64,000 nt of DNA from Sporopachydermia quercuum (taxonomy: Eukaryota): positions 981,791-1,045,790 of the forward strand of contig BCGN01000007.1 of NCBI GenBank assembly GCA_001599295.1, written 5' to 3'. Within the stretch, counting starts at the first letter, position 1. Every line of letters starts with the position of its first letter. This document shows, piece after piece, positions 22,902-35,092 of the stretch. Both the position numbers and the translations under genes were made by a program. The notes beneath the pieces were generated by a model that searched no databases, was not told the DNA's origin, and was given only the letters and a program-made list of their open reading frames with translations.

Positions 22902-25299
22902 ATGTCAATGAAAAAAGTCCTCCAACGAGGAGAAGAACTGTTGGCACAGTATCCTCGTCAGAGTAAACTATGGAGAATATCAAGTCATTTAACCTGCTTA
23001 GGTATGATAAGCATGAGTAAACTACTGGCCTATAGTTTTTATAAGCCAGAAATTAGAGATTTGCATTTACTGGATGAAGCTCTAGAAAGATCGAGAAAAG
23101 AAGGAAGGTCACTATTAACCATAATGAATCATATGTCTACGTAAGGATTATTTGATAGCAAAGAATGGGGGAATAAAGGAAAGAAAAGGGACTTGAGCAT
23201 TTATTGTATTATCCGATTGTCATTTGGGTATCATTTTCTATGGTATTTGGTTTTTCAATGGTACTGCATTGATTGACAGATAAGTATATGCTAATATGCT
23301 AATGACTTCATGAATCACATGAACAATACAAATAATAGTTCATTCGTTTGAAGGAGATACCAGGCAGATATTTGCTAAACAATTTGAATCTACAAAGAGC
23401 CTTGGAGAGTGTTAGAGTATCTCAATATACATTATTTCTGCTATTTGGATATGATTCTTTGACCAATTGATAATAAATGGCTATAGCTAATAGCTGATAT
23501 GGATATTCATAAAAACCATTGGTATATCTACCGAACAGCTTTAGCTTTAGCATTGGCTTTCATACACTTACAATATTGTCAGAGATTATCGAGAAGTATA
23601 GGATAGGTTATACGATATTGTAGCGTATTAGTGCTATAATGATTGCGCGCTTCTATTTTTTCATATTGATTCTTAGCATCTCATGACAGGTGTTTATCAA
23701 TGATATGTTCAAACAGCACTATTTCAAACTAAATTTAGCTAATGCAACAGTCATTCAGTTTTCACCCCTCCTTTTACTCCCTTTTAATGTCCTTACTTCC
23801 TTATTCCGTTTTGTTTATTGCATTCTTTCGACAAATACTAACAGTTAACGACTAGTGTTGATGATCCAGGAGTTTGGGGTGTCTTACCACTCAAGTATTA
23901 TCTAAAGTATGATTGTATTCGATGGTGCTTAGGTGCTGATAATGTTTGTTTCAGTTCAAAGTATGTATTATATACTTTTTATTAGTTATGAGGTCAAGAA
24001 GGAAATAATTTGAAAAAAGTGTGATAGTGGTGTGATAGTATACATTTTATGACGATTATCAAAAGATCACTATTTTGTTGTTGGTTGAAGTATGAATTTT
24101 GGTGATGAATATGATGATCCTAGTGGTCTTACTGCTGTTGGAACTAGTACAACCAGCACAAGAAGTACTTTCAAATCAATAGGTCTCTCTTGATAGGTTT
24201 TGAGACATCCAAATTCACACATGCTTATGAGCAGATGATCGAGATAAAGAGCTCTAGTGAAAGAATTTAGCTAGAAAACTACACCTTGATTGATAGAATT
24301 GTTACTTGGATCGTTGACATTGCCATTATTAGTATTGTTATTACTTATTAGCTATAGATTGGTCTTTTTAGAGTCAGTCTACTTGCTACTGACAAGTTAC
24401 AGAGGCTAATTAATTTGAACGTCAGAAGGTTTCTATTTTCTAGCTTATGCAACATGCAGCCTACTATACCATCATACTATCGTGCTCCCTTTATTACACT
24501 CATCTTTTTATGCTATTACTTACCTGCTATTGCTAACATCTTGCCCTTCTCTAGAAATAAAGCCCTTTTCTTCTCTCTAGGGAAAGTTATCCCTACTAAA
24601 CGATTTGGCTCTGGTCCTTTCCAACCGGCTATTGATGCAGCTATCAGATTACTATCACCAAACAATAAAGACAATTTCACCAAAATATCAAACACTTTGA
24701 ACCATCCTCAATGGATGCATATATTCCCTGAAGGGTTTGTTTTGCAATTAGAACCTCCGTTTAATAATTCTATGCGTTATTTCCGATGGGGAGTATCTAG
24801 ATTAGTGTTAGAAGCAAGCAAACCACCTATTATATTGCCAATGTTTGCACATGGGTTTGAAAAAGTGCTACCAGAAGTTTATAATGGCAAACCGGGTATG
24901 CCTAGTCTATTACCGCGAAACATAAATGCCGAGATCAAGCTTCGGATAGGAAAGATTCTTCCGGATACCGAAATTGAACAATTTCGAGCGCAATGGCAAG
25001 ATTTAGTTGATGCCGAGGTTGAAAAAGAAGGTACGCCTTCGGAACCTGCACTGGATGATTTGAATAAAGAGCTTAAATACGGAGATTCGGCTAAACGGCT
25101 ACGCAGTGATTTGGCGGGGTATATTAGGAAGCATATTCAAAAGATGCGGGATGAAGAATTCGGCAAGGAAGATCCGAGGTTTTCCTCTCAACCATTTTGG
25201 AGTAAATTTAATGCTTCCGAGGGTAAAAGTGATTTAGAGGTTAAGTTCATCGGTAAAAACTGGGCCTCTCATAAAGAGCATTTCCCTGACGAATACTAG
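22902..25299 (+). CDS. TAZ1: Tafazzin (cardiolipin remodelling transacylase), 3 exons with long introns
   Basis: Exons 22902-23140, 23856-23960, 24555-25299 (introns 715 and 594 nt). Splicing restores the catalytic NHMSTVDDP..WG motif, RWCLGADNVCF, FFSLGK...RFG.GPFQ and WMHIFPEGFVLQL.PPFNNSMRYFRWG. Confidence 0.93.
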
Positions 25300-26081
25300 G
25301 TGAAAAATGCACAGCATGTGGCTGTATTTATTAATAGATTTTGTATATAAATAGAGAATAACGAGTTATTGACTTTAGAATAGATAGGTGAAATATGGTA
25401 GGCCAGGTAGAAAGAATAAAAAGGAGGAAGATAGTTGCAGGGTGTTGAACTGATGTGACGAAAAACCAGATCACAACAGACTGAAAACATCTAAAAGAGC
25501 GAGACTTGGAAGTCCGATGTAAACTAATCCGAGGCCCAATAAGATGTGAGAATATTACTATAATTCAAGTAGACGATGCCCGTATGTTTCCACTAGAGAG
25601 AACGCAAAAAATAGTAGAATCATAACAAATATATCTCCGAGTTCTGAGTCCCGAATTCTCAGCCATGTATACACGAGCTAACAGTAAAATCAATTAGGTG
25701 TTAGTTATAGTGTAGTTAGTGGAATCTTCAAAGTTCAGTGAATCACTTGAGGTTTTCATGCATAAGCGAAGATACAGGAAATCCGGAAATAATACCATTT
25801 TTTTATCTCTGCCATTAGTTCCATTGTATGTTATTAATATAATAGAGGTTATATGAGAAGTTCACATACTATAATAGATTCAGGTAGGGTTATTGTTGAT
25901 AGTTGTAGATTGATGTGTCATAAGTATAATCCTACAGTATTCTCACCCAGTGCAATGTCATTCTACCATCAACACATACTGAAAGCTGTTCGGTTGGAAC
26001 AGTCATCATCATCTTACTATTAGAGTTCTAGGGGAACCCCTTCATTTTTATTCATTTCATCACCGGTTCTTTCTTGTCACT

Positions 26082-26870
26082 TTACACTTCTTTGTCCTCT
26101 TCTTCACTATCATACACATCATATTGTCCATTTGATATCAGCTGTTCAAACTCTTTTCTTTGTTCATCAGTTAGCATTGCCAATAATTCTTGTTTGCTCG
26201 CATTGTTGACTATTCTTTCTAATTCTTGCTCTAATTCTTGTCCTAGCTCACTATCAGAAGAGTTGTTATCATCACTATTGATAATACTATTTCCACTGCT
26301 GCTACTGCTATTGTTAGTAGGTAGTATTGAAACATCTGGTTGATTGAACAATCGTTCATACTGTTTCTTCTTTTCTAAAGCATCCATTGGCGGTATATAC
26401 TTCCATTCTTTATTGGTGGCAATTTCCGCGCTATTAAGCATTTGTATGTTCTTTCCAGTGGAAGATTTACTATTAGCACTATTATTATTGTTGTTTGCAT
26501 CATTATCACGACTGTACTTGTTAATAACATCAACAACCTTTTTGATATCGTTTTCGGAGGGCTCAAAGAACTTAGTAGCTTTTTTCCTTTCTTCGGTTTG
26601 TTTCCTCTCGAATGTTGTCAAACAATCACCAATGGCTCTATGGGCTCTTGATTTATAACATGTTAATGAGCAGTACAGTCGTTTACACTTGGGGCAAGTA
26701 TAATTAGCGGTTTCACTGTTACACATTTGACAAGTGTTTTCCTTGAGTTTGGAAGCAACTTTACCTGCTCCTTTCTGACCCAAAGGTCTTATTTGGCTGT
26801 AGTTTAGTGGATCATTGCTGGCTGTCAATGCTGGACTTTTGATAGAAGGATTAGTGATATTGATGCTCAT
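26082..26870 (-). CDS. HIT-type zinc-finger protein, ZNHIT2-like
   Basis: zf-HIT motif CQMC...YTCPKCKRLYCSLTCYKSRAH....C. C-terminal LLAMLTDEQRKEFEQLI resembles the ZNHIT2 'LW..LT..E+..F..L' block. Confidence 0.75.
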   Translation of the reverse strand: MSINITNPSIKSPALTASNDPLNYSQIRPLGQKGAGKVASKLKENTCQMCNSETANYTCPKCKRLYCSLTCYKSRAHRAIGDCLTTFERKQTEERKKATKFFEPSENDIKKVVDVINKYSRDNDANNNNNSANSKSSTGKNIQMLNSAEIATNKEWKYIPPMDALEKKKQYERLFNQPDVSILPTNNSSSSSGNSIINSDDNNSSDSELGQELEQELERIVNNASKQELLAMLTDEQRKEFEQLISNGQYDVYDSEEEDKEV

Positions 26871-26875
26871 TATGT

Positions 26876-27517
26876 GCGATGAGCGTGAAACAAAAAAGTG
26901 AGATTGATAAGAGCTTCAATCCGCTTATCGAAGGAAATATATGTGTAGAAGTTTCAACAATATTGTGTGACTACCCGATCAGTCGAGATTTGTTCGGAAT
27001 CGGAAGCGGAACTGTGTTTAATCGGGTGATAGCGGAACAACTAGATAATTGAATAGCTGGAGATTAAAAAAAGATGATATGTATGACAGACCCTTTGAAT
27101 ATTGGAAGGGGGTCAGCAACACGTGATTAGAATCAACTAAGGGTCTAATAGAAGATGAGGGTCTATCTGGGGGACCGTAATTTGTTTTATTTACAATTGA
27201 AGACATTAAAAATAGAAGNATAAAACTAAATTAGCATAATTAGGACATGGAAAAAATGATCGGTATACCAGCCATTCTGCGAGAATCATAAGGATTGTAG
27301 ATATTACTACAGTCTATTATGCACATGTGATGACAATCATATCTACCATTGGGTAGAACGTACACACTTACCAACTTGATTACAGACAGATGGTGAGTAT
27401 ATAAAATCTGACAGCTATTCTTTTTAATCATTTCCTTTCTCTTCTCATCAAGCAAGCATCCTCATTTCTTATCTAATAGTCACGTAACTTGAATTATTTT
27501 CAACCTCAAATCTCATC
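26876..27517. promoter_or_regulatory. PAC-like motifs and E-box in the zf-HIT / PPR divergent promoter
   Basis: GCGATGAG 26876-26883, CACGTG 27120-27125, CTCATC 27444-27449 and 27512-27517. Confidence 0.4.
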
Positions 27518-27885
27518 CCAAACACTGGTATACTTTCCTATGTTTTTATCTTCTCCGAAATATTTCTCTCCACTAATATAGAAAGCAATCATCATCGTTG
27601 GTTACCCGGCCCCGCTTCATACAAATTATCTACATGCTGAGAATGAAAAGAAAGGAACTGTTTGCGAGCTATCTATCCATTTCCATCAAACTGGTCTTAG
27701 TTTGCTATTGTTATGATTATATACTCACGAGCTAATCTTTTCAAGATTATATTAGGTACTTGGTATATTGAGAGAGCGTTTGTGAGTAAAGCAACGTTAG
27801 GAACGGGGAAGTGATTACTTTGTCAGTAAACAGCAGCAGATAATCTGCTGTCGATGATTAGGTACATTGCTAATAGTAGATTGTC

Positions 27886-30669
27886 ATGCTTTCTCGATGT
27901 CCTAGAAGCATTCTAGCATTTGGGCTACGGAGGAAATTGGCCTCCAGCTTTTCTGATTCTAGAAAAGTTAGGAATGGTTTGCAAACAATACCAAAAGTTC
28001 CGATCCGAGAGAATCCTGTACAGTTTAATCATCTCTCGGCTCGGTGCTTCTCATGTAGCTGTCGCGTCGATAAAAGTATAGTAAATATAGAAATACCGAA
28101 GAGGCCGAAGAAAGCGGAAGTTATCGATATCAAATTTGCGGGAGATTTGGAAGAAGAAATTCCAGAAATTTCGGAAGAAGAGAAAGATGTGATTTCGGAA
28201 ATAAGGACGTTGATCCGATCAATTCAGAGAATAAGCAGAAATTCAACAGTTAAACCAGAAGCTCTAGAAGAGCTCCTAGTGATGTTACAAGACCTCATAT
28301 ATATTTCACCCGAAAAATTGATTAACCCCAAGTTTTTCCACACTATCGGAGATGCTGTNACGATTTTGAAAAGCTATATACCTGAATCTAAACCATTGTT
28401 GAGTGGTAACGAGTATTTAACCATATTACATGGTATTTTGATGCATCAAAACCCAGCATGTCTGAAACAAATACCGGAGGAAACTTTCATTTCAGAAATT
28501 TTCGTTGCATTATCAAATTTTGAACTGAACATTTCAGCTACTGCTCGGTTAGTTTCCTATTTCATCCGTTATATGACCATAAAGGGAGAATCTCATCGAG
28601 TACGAGATTATTTATTGCAAATGTTACAAGAGCAGCCATCAACAGCTAAGCAGGAGATTTTATGCGAAGTATTCAAATCTCTGGCTCCAGGAACATCCGA
28701 AGTTGTTATTCGGGAACTTCTGGAAGTGTCAGAGCGGGAAAAAATCCCGATGGATTCGGAATCAGTTAAAAATTTATTGGATGTATTGTTCTTAGATCTA
28801 TTAGATTTGGAAGTTAAAGTGAAAGAACGGAAATTATCAGATGTCTTCCAACTGATATTCCAAAGGATACAACCTTTTGAGTTCTCCGAAGAAACAATAA
28901 AAGAGCTTCTATTCTTCATAACGAATTTTAACCTCCGTTCAGTCAATAAAATAGTTCTGTCTCGGGTTGTTATACCATACTTAGATAGCCGAAATATGTT
29001 GAGGCATCGCGCCCGTTCCGACACTGATGCGAAGACTAATGCTAATGCCGCTGTATCGTCGTCGTTCCTCTGTGCCGTGATAGATTCTTGTATATTAGCC
29101 AATGATCGCCTTTTTGGAATGAATATTATTGGAAGGCTTGAAGACCCTTCTATCGAAAGTGAAACACTGTCCGACGATGATTATTCTAAAATTTTATTGG
29201 CCAAATGTAAATGGATTGTTTTCACCTCTGATAGGTTTGCTGATTTGGAAGAGAAGCTTCAATCGGAGGTTTCTCCATTAGATATTGAATTTGCTAATGA
29301 ATTGCTCCGAACAATCACTGAAACAGAAAAAAATGATAGCTATGTCGAAGAGTTTACCGAGTTTCTCGGTACTAACGGAATTGAAAAAGACGTCACGACA
29401 TACGGAATTCTGCTGGAACGGTTCATCAGCCGACGGGATTTCGACTCGGCTCGGGATTTGGTCACCCGGAGCTTTTCTGAAGCTGTAGATTGGAATTCAT
29501 CTGGGTCTTCTCTTCANCATCTTTTCCGATTTCTGCAATTTCTAACTGAAGAAAGCCCGGGAGATATCCGCAAGACGATGAGACTATACGACTCTGTGAA
29601 ACTCCAGTGTGCCCGAGTGGACCTTCCAACGGCGTCTAAACTAGTTGAAATGGCCCTAAACAATAACTGGCTGGGTGATGCCTTGCATATATTGAGAACA
29701 GATATTGATGTCAATAACAAACCATCAGGAAGCGAAGTGCCATTGATTGAATCCAGCTTTCTCAATCAAATTTACCGGACAAAGGACGTCGAGCTCGCGT
29801 GGGGGATTTTTTGCGAGTTGTGTAAATACGTCAATATAACCTACGACAGCTATTTACCATCTATGAAGTATTTCTGCGAAACGTTAGGTCGGCCGGACGC
29901 NGCGTTAAGAATATTCGGACATTTAAGAAGACTCCATAAAACTCAGGGCTTTCCTCCCCCTGGGAACGAAATCTATGCATATCTTTTCCGATCGATGGGT
30001 CAAAATCTTTATGAAGAGGGTGTTCTTGAACTGCATGCTGCGTTGAAGATTGATATGAATGCTGATCCTGATACTGAGGTAATGAATGCTATTCTGTCAG
30101 CTTATTGTGAGTTGCAGGATCCTCTTAGAATCAGAGACACGTTTGAACAGTTTTGTTCATTTCCCGTTGGTAAAAGTATCAATAATGAATCTATCACTAC
30201 TATGGTTAAAAGTCATACATTGATTGGTATGGAATCCGTTCAAGGATTCTGGGAATCAGTTCCACAATTAGATGTCAAACTCGATGCTGAAAACTATCGT
30301 CAGTACGTTATAGCATGTAATTATCATGGAGCAAATGAACTGGCATTGAAAGCTGTTGATGGCATGATTGAGAAAGGTGTTGAGCCAACTTTGAGAGTCA
30401 TTGAAGCATTGTATAACTGGACAATGNTTTCTAGTGGGAAGGAGAAGGTTAAAGAATGGGCATTGAAGAATTATCCTGGGTTATGGAAAGAGTTAGAACT
30501 AAAGAACAGATTAAAAGAGATTGTTTATGATGAGAACAATACAAGTGAATCACCTTCTGTGTTGAGAGAACNAGCTGCTTTGGCTCTTACTAGTGGTAAT
30601 CAAGTTGTGAAAGCTTTTAATACTGATCCAGAGAATAGAAGTGGTAGTTCTAAGTATTTTGAAATTTAG
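27886..30669 (+). CDS. Mitochondrial pentatricopeptide-repeat protein, CIA84-like (complex I intermediate-associated)
   Basis: Arg/Ser-rich mitochondrial presequence; PPR-like units (KDVTTYGILLE, PDTEVMNAILSAY, INNESITTMVK, GMIEKGVEPT); C-terminal YN....K..VKEWALKNYPGLWKELE recalls fungal CIA84. The PPR call is stronger than the CIA84 assignment. Confidence 0.7.
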   Translation: MLSRCPRSILAFGLRRKLASSFSDSRKVRNGLQTIPKVPIRENPVQFNHLSARCFSCSCRVDKSIVNIEIPKRPKKAEVIDIKFAGDLEEEIPEISEEEKDVISEIRTLIRSIQRISRNSTVKPEALEELLVMLQDLIYISPEKLINPKFFHTIGDAXTILKSYIPESKPLLSGNEYLTILHGILMHQNPACLKQIPEETFISEIFVALSNFELNISATARLVSYFIRYMTIKGESHRVRDYLLQMLQEQPSTAKQEILCEVFKSLAPGTSEVVIRELLEVSEREKIPMDSESVKNLLDVLFLDLLDLEVKVKERKLSDVFQLIFQRIQPFEFSEETIKELLFFITNFNLRSVNKIVLSRVVIPYLDSRNMLRHRARSDTDAKTNANAAVSSSFLCAVIDSCILANDRLFGMNIIGRLEDPSIESETLSDDDYSKILLAKCKWIVFTSDRFADLEEKLQSEVSPLDIEFANELLRTITETEKNDSYVEEFTEFLGTNGIEKDVTTYGILLERFISRRDFDSARDLVTRSFSEAVDWNSSGSSLXHLFRFLQFLTEESPGDIRKTMRLYDSVKLQCARVDLPTASKLVEMALNNNWLGDALHILRTDIDVNNKPSGSEVPLIESSFLNQIYRTKDVELAWGIFCELCKYVNITYDSYLPSMKYFCETLGRPDXALRIFGHLRRLHKTQGFPPPGNEIYAYLFRSMGQNLYEEGVLELHAALKIDMNADPDTEVMNAILSAYCELQDPLRIRDTFEQFCSFPVGKSINNESITTMVKSHTLIGMESVQGFWESVPQLDVKLDAENYRQYVIACNYHGANELALKAVDGMIEKGVEPTLRVIEALYNWTMXSSGKEKVKEWALKNYPGLWKELELKNRLKEIVYDENNTSESPSVLREXAALALTSGNQVVKAFNTDPENRSGSSKYFEI

Positions 30670-31167
30670 TCGTATGATTAAAGGCAACAAGAAAGGAGAA
30701 TGAAAGTAAAGTTCTGANTCTTTTATACCAGGTACTATGTCTATCATGATTTTATTTGTGATTGCATTGTCAGTTAGTAATGACAGGAAAGAATAATGTG
30801 CCTCTTGATAGTAGTGGGTCAATGGTATAGTCGACATATACCATGGTTTATCCTTACATGAACTTGTATGTTCATCGGTTCTGCAATGCATTCATGGTGT
30901 ATATTATCACGCGCTTGTTATTCACCTCATCATAATATGGTTTTCTCTCTTTCACTTAACCTATCATAATGCTGCGCCTTGTTATATCCTTCATTGTATT
31001 TCCTTTCATGTCTTATCTTATTCAGTACTCTCAGCTTAAACTCCTTTCAATCCTATACATACTCTGCATTAATACTATTATACACTATAAATTCATCATA
31101 TATTAACCATCATTATTTCCTGTCCTACCCAATTAATACCATTCCACATATTGTTTTCCATCGTATG

Positions 31168-33408
31168 CTACCTCTTCTTTATTTGAGTAGCGTTAATAGT
31201 TGTAGCAAACCTCAAAGAGTTAATAGTCTCATTTAAATGTTTCTGCAACGGTGAAATATTGACAAACATAAGTGTCTTCGAGTTACCACCAAGTGAATAC
31301 TGCAATAAGTATGTCAATTTGGAGTTTCTGTAGGGAATATGTGCAGATTCTTTCTTGATATTCAATGCATGAATTACATCGCCTAAACAACTTAAACTCT
31401 TATTGATGGCTTGGGTTTCCTTGAGTCTGTTACCTGTAGCTTGCGAAGAATTCAGTCGTTCAGACCCTGCAAGATCAATTAAGTTAAGTGTTCCACTACA
31501 CTTTTCACCTGTTGCTGAATTGTTGCCTTGTAGAGATAACATAAACACTGAATGAGATCTGGAAGATCTTTCGTTGGCTTCAGTTGCAGCTACCGAACGG
31601 TTTCTACTGGCAGTTTGAAGCATTGCTTCAACACTCTCGGGCGATGTCAACTCTATAGCTTTCAATCCAGGAATGCTTATTTGCTGGGTCTTAACATCAT
31701 GGCGTATATCAAGCTTAGTCTGAGAAGAGCTAGTAAGCAAATCATTTATGCTTTCATTGTAAATCTCTAAAAACTGGCCCTCGATGTTATATGACCAACC
31801 TTTCGTTTTCAGATCTTCTGCTGCTTCGAATATTTGTTTCACCGCTTTTGGGATCATTCCGTCATTTGACGACATTGTATAGGTTTTACCAGAACCTGTT
31901 TGGCCATAAGCAAAGATGCATACATTCGAGCCGTCAAGGACACATTGGACTAGTTGTGAGATTTCAGCAAATATGGTATCATTGTTGATATTGGGTCCGA
32001 ATACTTTGTCAAAGGCAAAAGAATGAATTTTACCTGTTTGAGAGCTCAATCCGATGTTCCGGTTGATATCGGGTGGCGCCGCTTTGAATGTGATTGTTTG
32101 TTGGCTTTCCGCGGAGTCTTCTTCCAAAATAGACACATCTACGGGNTCTGATGATCGAGCTTCTTTAGGCAGCAACGGCCGTAGTCGGCAGAACACTCGG
32201 ATGTTTCCTTTTAGGGTTTGCACTGCATTATGTAGTTTCCGACGGACAATTTCGGCATCTACCAGTTCCTGTTTCATTTCTGGTGTGTGCTGGTTGACTG
32301 ATTCAATGAACTGCTTCATAGTTTCTATATTTTGTTTTGACTTCTCGATTTTCTCATGTAACTGTTGTGATTGTAGGAAAAGATCTTTCACAACGCTTTC
32401 CGCTTCATTTGCCGCTTTGGTTTTACTTTCTAGTTGAGAGTCCAAATGGCTGATTTTTGTCTCCGTAGACTCGATTTTTAGTTTCACCTTAGTTATCTCA
32501 TGTTCTGCTATCTTCGTTTCCTCCGTTTTCTCTGAAATCATTGTGGAATATCTCGTTTTGAATTCTTGTAAACTGGCTTCCTTTCGAGTTATGGAATCTG
32601 AATAGTTCTGAAATATTTGGCTCATCTCCTGTTGTTTTTCTTTCTGTATATTAGTTATCATCGTTTCAGTTTGATTTATTGTTTCTTTTAAACCGTTGAT
32701 CGTCTCCTTCTGATATTCCAGCTTTGCTGAGTATTTAGCATCAATTTCCTCCTCATGTTTTCGCTCGATGGTCTTGATACTCTCCTCATATTCTTGTAAA
32801 AGTTTCTGCTCCCTCTGAAAGTTTTCATGATTCAATTCTTCCTTGCGAGATGCCAGACTATCTGGTATTTGCAACATATCAGTTTCTATAGTTCTAATTT
32901 CCCTCTTTAGCGACCGTGCTTGATCTTCCAGTTGGAAAACGATGAAGTTCCGTTCACTTCTCTGGTTCTCCAACTCCATTAGCCTGTTTGTTAGTTGGGT
33001 GATCCTTTTCTTATTCTCATCTTTTTTATGGTGTAGATCCTGTAGTATTATCTCATATTCTTTCTTGGCGCCGTCTATTGATTCTTTCAGCAAACCGGCC
33101 GTTATTTCTGTTCTTCCCGTACTGCTTCTGTTCGATGATTTTTGGATTGACGACAAGGCATTGGCATTTAGCTTACCCTGTGTGAAATTCGAAGAAATGT
33201 TAGATTTTCGCAAACTGGTCTTTTTGATCCCCTGGTTTGATGGTAAATTTGAAACTGGTTCAACTACAGGCTGATTATTCTGCAAGCTTAAGAGAGGCCG
33301 TCTTGCTTTTGGAATACATGATGGTCGTGTTGATGGTTCAGCAGTTGAGGTTTTCGCCCTTGGCTGAGGAATCCTACTTGGAAGTTTTGTAGGTCTTTCT
33401 GGGATCAT
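31168..33408 (-). CDS. KAR3: Kinesin-14 minus-end motor Kar3
   Basis: N-terminal coiled coil; neck [24 protein letters not shown]-terminal motor with [64 protein letters not shown]. Confidence 0.96.
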   Translation of the reverse strand: MIPERPTKLPSRIPQPRAKTSTAEPSTRPSCIPKARRPLLSLQNNQPVVEPVSNLPSNQGIKKTSLRKSNISSNFTQGKLNANALSSIQKSSNRSSTGRTEITAGLLKESIDGAKKEYEIILQDLHHKKDENKKRITQLTNRLMELENQRSERNFIVFQLEDQARSLKREIRTIETDMLQIPDSLASRKEELNHENFQREQKLLQEYEESIKTIERKHEEEIDAKYSAKLEYQKETINGLKETINQTETMITNIQKEKQQEMSQIFQNYSDSITRKEASLQEFKTRYSTMISEKTEETKIAEHEITKVKLKIESTETKISHLDSQLESKTKAANEAESVVKDLFLQSQQLHEKIEKSKQNIETMKQFIESVNQHTPEMKQELVDAEIVRRKLHNAVQTLKGNIRVFCRLRPLLPKEARSSXPVDVSILEEDSAESQQTITFKAAPPDINRNIGLSSQTGKIHSFAFDKVFGPNINNDTIFAEISQLVQCVLDGSNVCIFAYGQTGSGKTYTMSSNDGMIPKAVKQIFEAAEDLKTKGWSYNIEGQFLEIYNESINDLLTSSSQTKLDIRHDVKTQQISIPGLKAIELTSPESVEAMLQTASRNRSVAATEANERSSRSHSVFMLSLQGNNSATGEKCSGTLNLIDLAGSERLNSSQATGNRLKETQAINKSLSCLGDVIHALNIKKESAHIPYRNSKLTYLLQYSLGGNSKTLMFVNISPLQKHLNETINSLRFATTINATQIKKR

Positions 33409-33816
33409 TTCAAAACGTCAAACTACTATAAGAACACATCATCCAGTTAGGTATGTGGAATCTAATNATGTTTAGCTGATCGGATAGATCTATTATGATC
33501 TCGAGTTTGGTTGCAGCGTGTTTCTATGAAATACAAACTTTTGTAATCAAAGGACTATACTATAATAGAAAAGAAAAGCTGCATTTATTATCGACTTTCT
33601 GTGATGCACTCGATCGAATAATCAAATAACACGAATGCAATGCTGTAGGTGAGCTGGGTGTCTGAGGAGGTAAGGATATTCTGTTTTCCTCAAAACAGGA
33701 ATTGATAAATATATGTCCCAAAATGGAGATTTTTTTGTTGTTGGGGTGAAAATAAAGCAAATAATAGATTATGTAATAAGGAATTCATATGTATTTTCCA
33801 GAATAGTATATATACC

Positions 33817-33886
33817 TCACGTGCCATATGTTTACCTAAAACATAATTAGTATGGAGAAATTTCCTATCAAATAGCGAAAATTTTC
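33817..33886 (+). promoter_or_regulatory. E-box plus RRPE-like element upstream of RRP15
   Basis: TCACGTG 33817-33823 and GAAAATTTTC 33877-33886, the same arrangement as at RPA43. Confidence 0.55.
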
Positions 33887-34056
33887 TTTCTATGTAGATC
33901 TTAGCCTTAGCGCTCTTGCTATCTAGTAGAAAAAGGTTATTATTTTGCGCAATCTGAATGCTGGACCAATCGGGGATTTAAAAGGACGAATGAGTTGGTT
34001 AAATCAGAGTATTTGTTGAATTAGATTGAATATATATTGAACTAAGGAAAACCGAG

Positions 34057-34794
34057 ATGGGGGTTACTGTAAAGAAACAAGCGGTGAGTCGCAATGGAAG
34101 AAAAGAAGTGAAGAGGACCAAAGAAGTGGAAGAGGTGAACGAAGCTTTAGAATCGTCAGAGGAAGAACAGGAAGAAGAAAGTGATGACAAAGATTTTAGT
34201 GAAAACAATGAGGCCGACGTAGATGATCAAAATGATGACTCTGATGATGAGATGAATGAGGACCATGGAAATTCGGATCCGGATTTGAATTCTGATTCTG
34301 ATACTGAATCTGAATCGGAATCTGAATCATATGAAAAACAAGTAACTGCAAAANCAAAAAATAAAGGAACTGACGCATTTTCTTCTGCTGTTAATGCTAT
34401 TTTGTCGTCACATATTAAAGCACATAGTAGAAATGACCCTGTACTGGTTAGATCCAAGAAACAGGTAAAAGCTATTGAAGACAGTAAAATGGATAAAAAA
34501 GTTAGAAAGATGATTTTAAATGAGAAAAGGCAACAACTTGATAGATTCAGAATCAAGAACCCTCTGCAGGTTGAAGGTAAAAATCCCAGTGAAGTTTTAG
34601 AACTCGAAAGAAAACTAAGAAAGGTTGCTCAACGTGGCGTGATTAAACTTTTTAATGCTGTTAGTGGTACTCAATCAAAAGTTGAAAATCAAGGAAATAA
34701 ACCTTTAGGAAGTAAGCTGAGAGAAGAAGTTGTTACGGAATTGTCGAAGGAGAAGTTCCTAGATTTGATAAAAGCTGGTGGTGACCTAGAGTAA
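34057..34794 (+). CDS. RRP15: 60S ribosome biogenesis protein Rrp15
   Basis: Acidic N-terminus, then FSSAVNAILSSHIKAH.RNDPVL.RSK, LELERKLRKVAQRGVIKLFNAV and ELSKEKFLDLIK. Confidence 0.93.
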   Translation: MGVTVKKQAVSRNGRKEVKRTKEVEEVNEALESSEEEQEEESDDKDFSENNEADVDDQNDDSDDEMNEDHGNSDPDLNSDSDTESESESESYEKQVTAKXKNKGTDAFSSAVNAILSSHIKAHSRNDPVLVRSKKQVKAIEDSKMDKKVRKMILNEKRQQLDRFRIKNPLQVEGKNPSEVLELERKLRKVAQRGVIKLFNAVSGTQSKVENQGNKPLGSKLREEVVTELSKEKFLDLIKAGGDLE

Positions 34795-35092
34795 ATGGGG
34801 TTAATGGAGTTAGAATTGGTAAGAGAAATACATTCGTAAGACAAAATAATTAAAAGGTGTTGGTGTTGGTGTTGGTGTTAGGTATTCAAATACTCGTGTA
34901 TTATANCATATATTGAATAATGAATAATTACTACAATATAAATTCAACTAATCTAAAATGAATAAAATAAANAGGAAAGATGAACTAAATGTGTATACAC
35001 CACAACTAACTTACAATAAATTATTAACGATATGCAAAGAAAAAGAAAATATTTCCCCAGTCAGAAATAACCTAGTAAAGCCTGCTTACTGC

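Noticed and set aside
25560..25720. Extra downstream exon extending the ZNHIT2-like gene
   Set aside because: A minus-strand CTAAC..TAG exists, but the frame I translated after it gives no ZNHIT2-like sequence and the ORF already ends with a normal stop.
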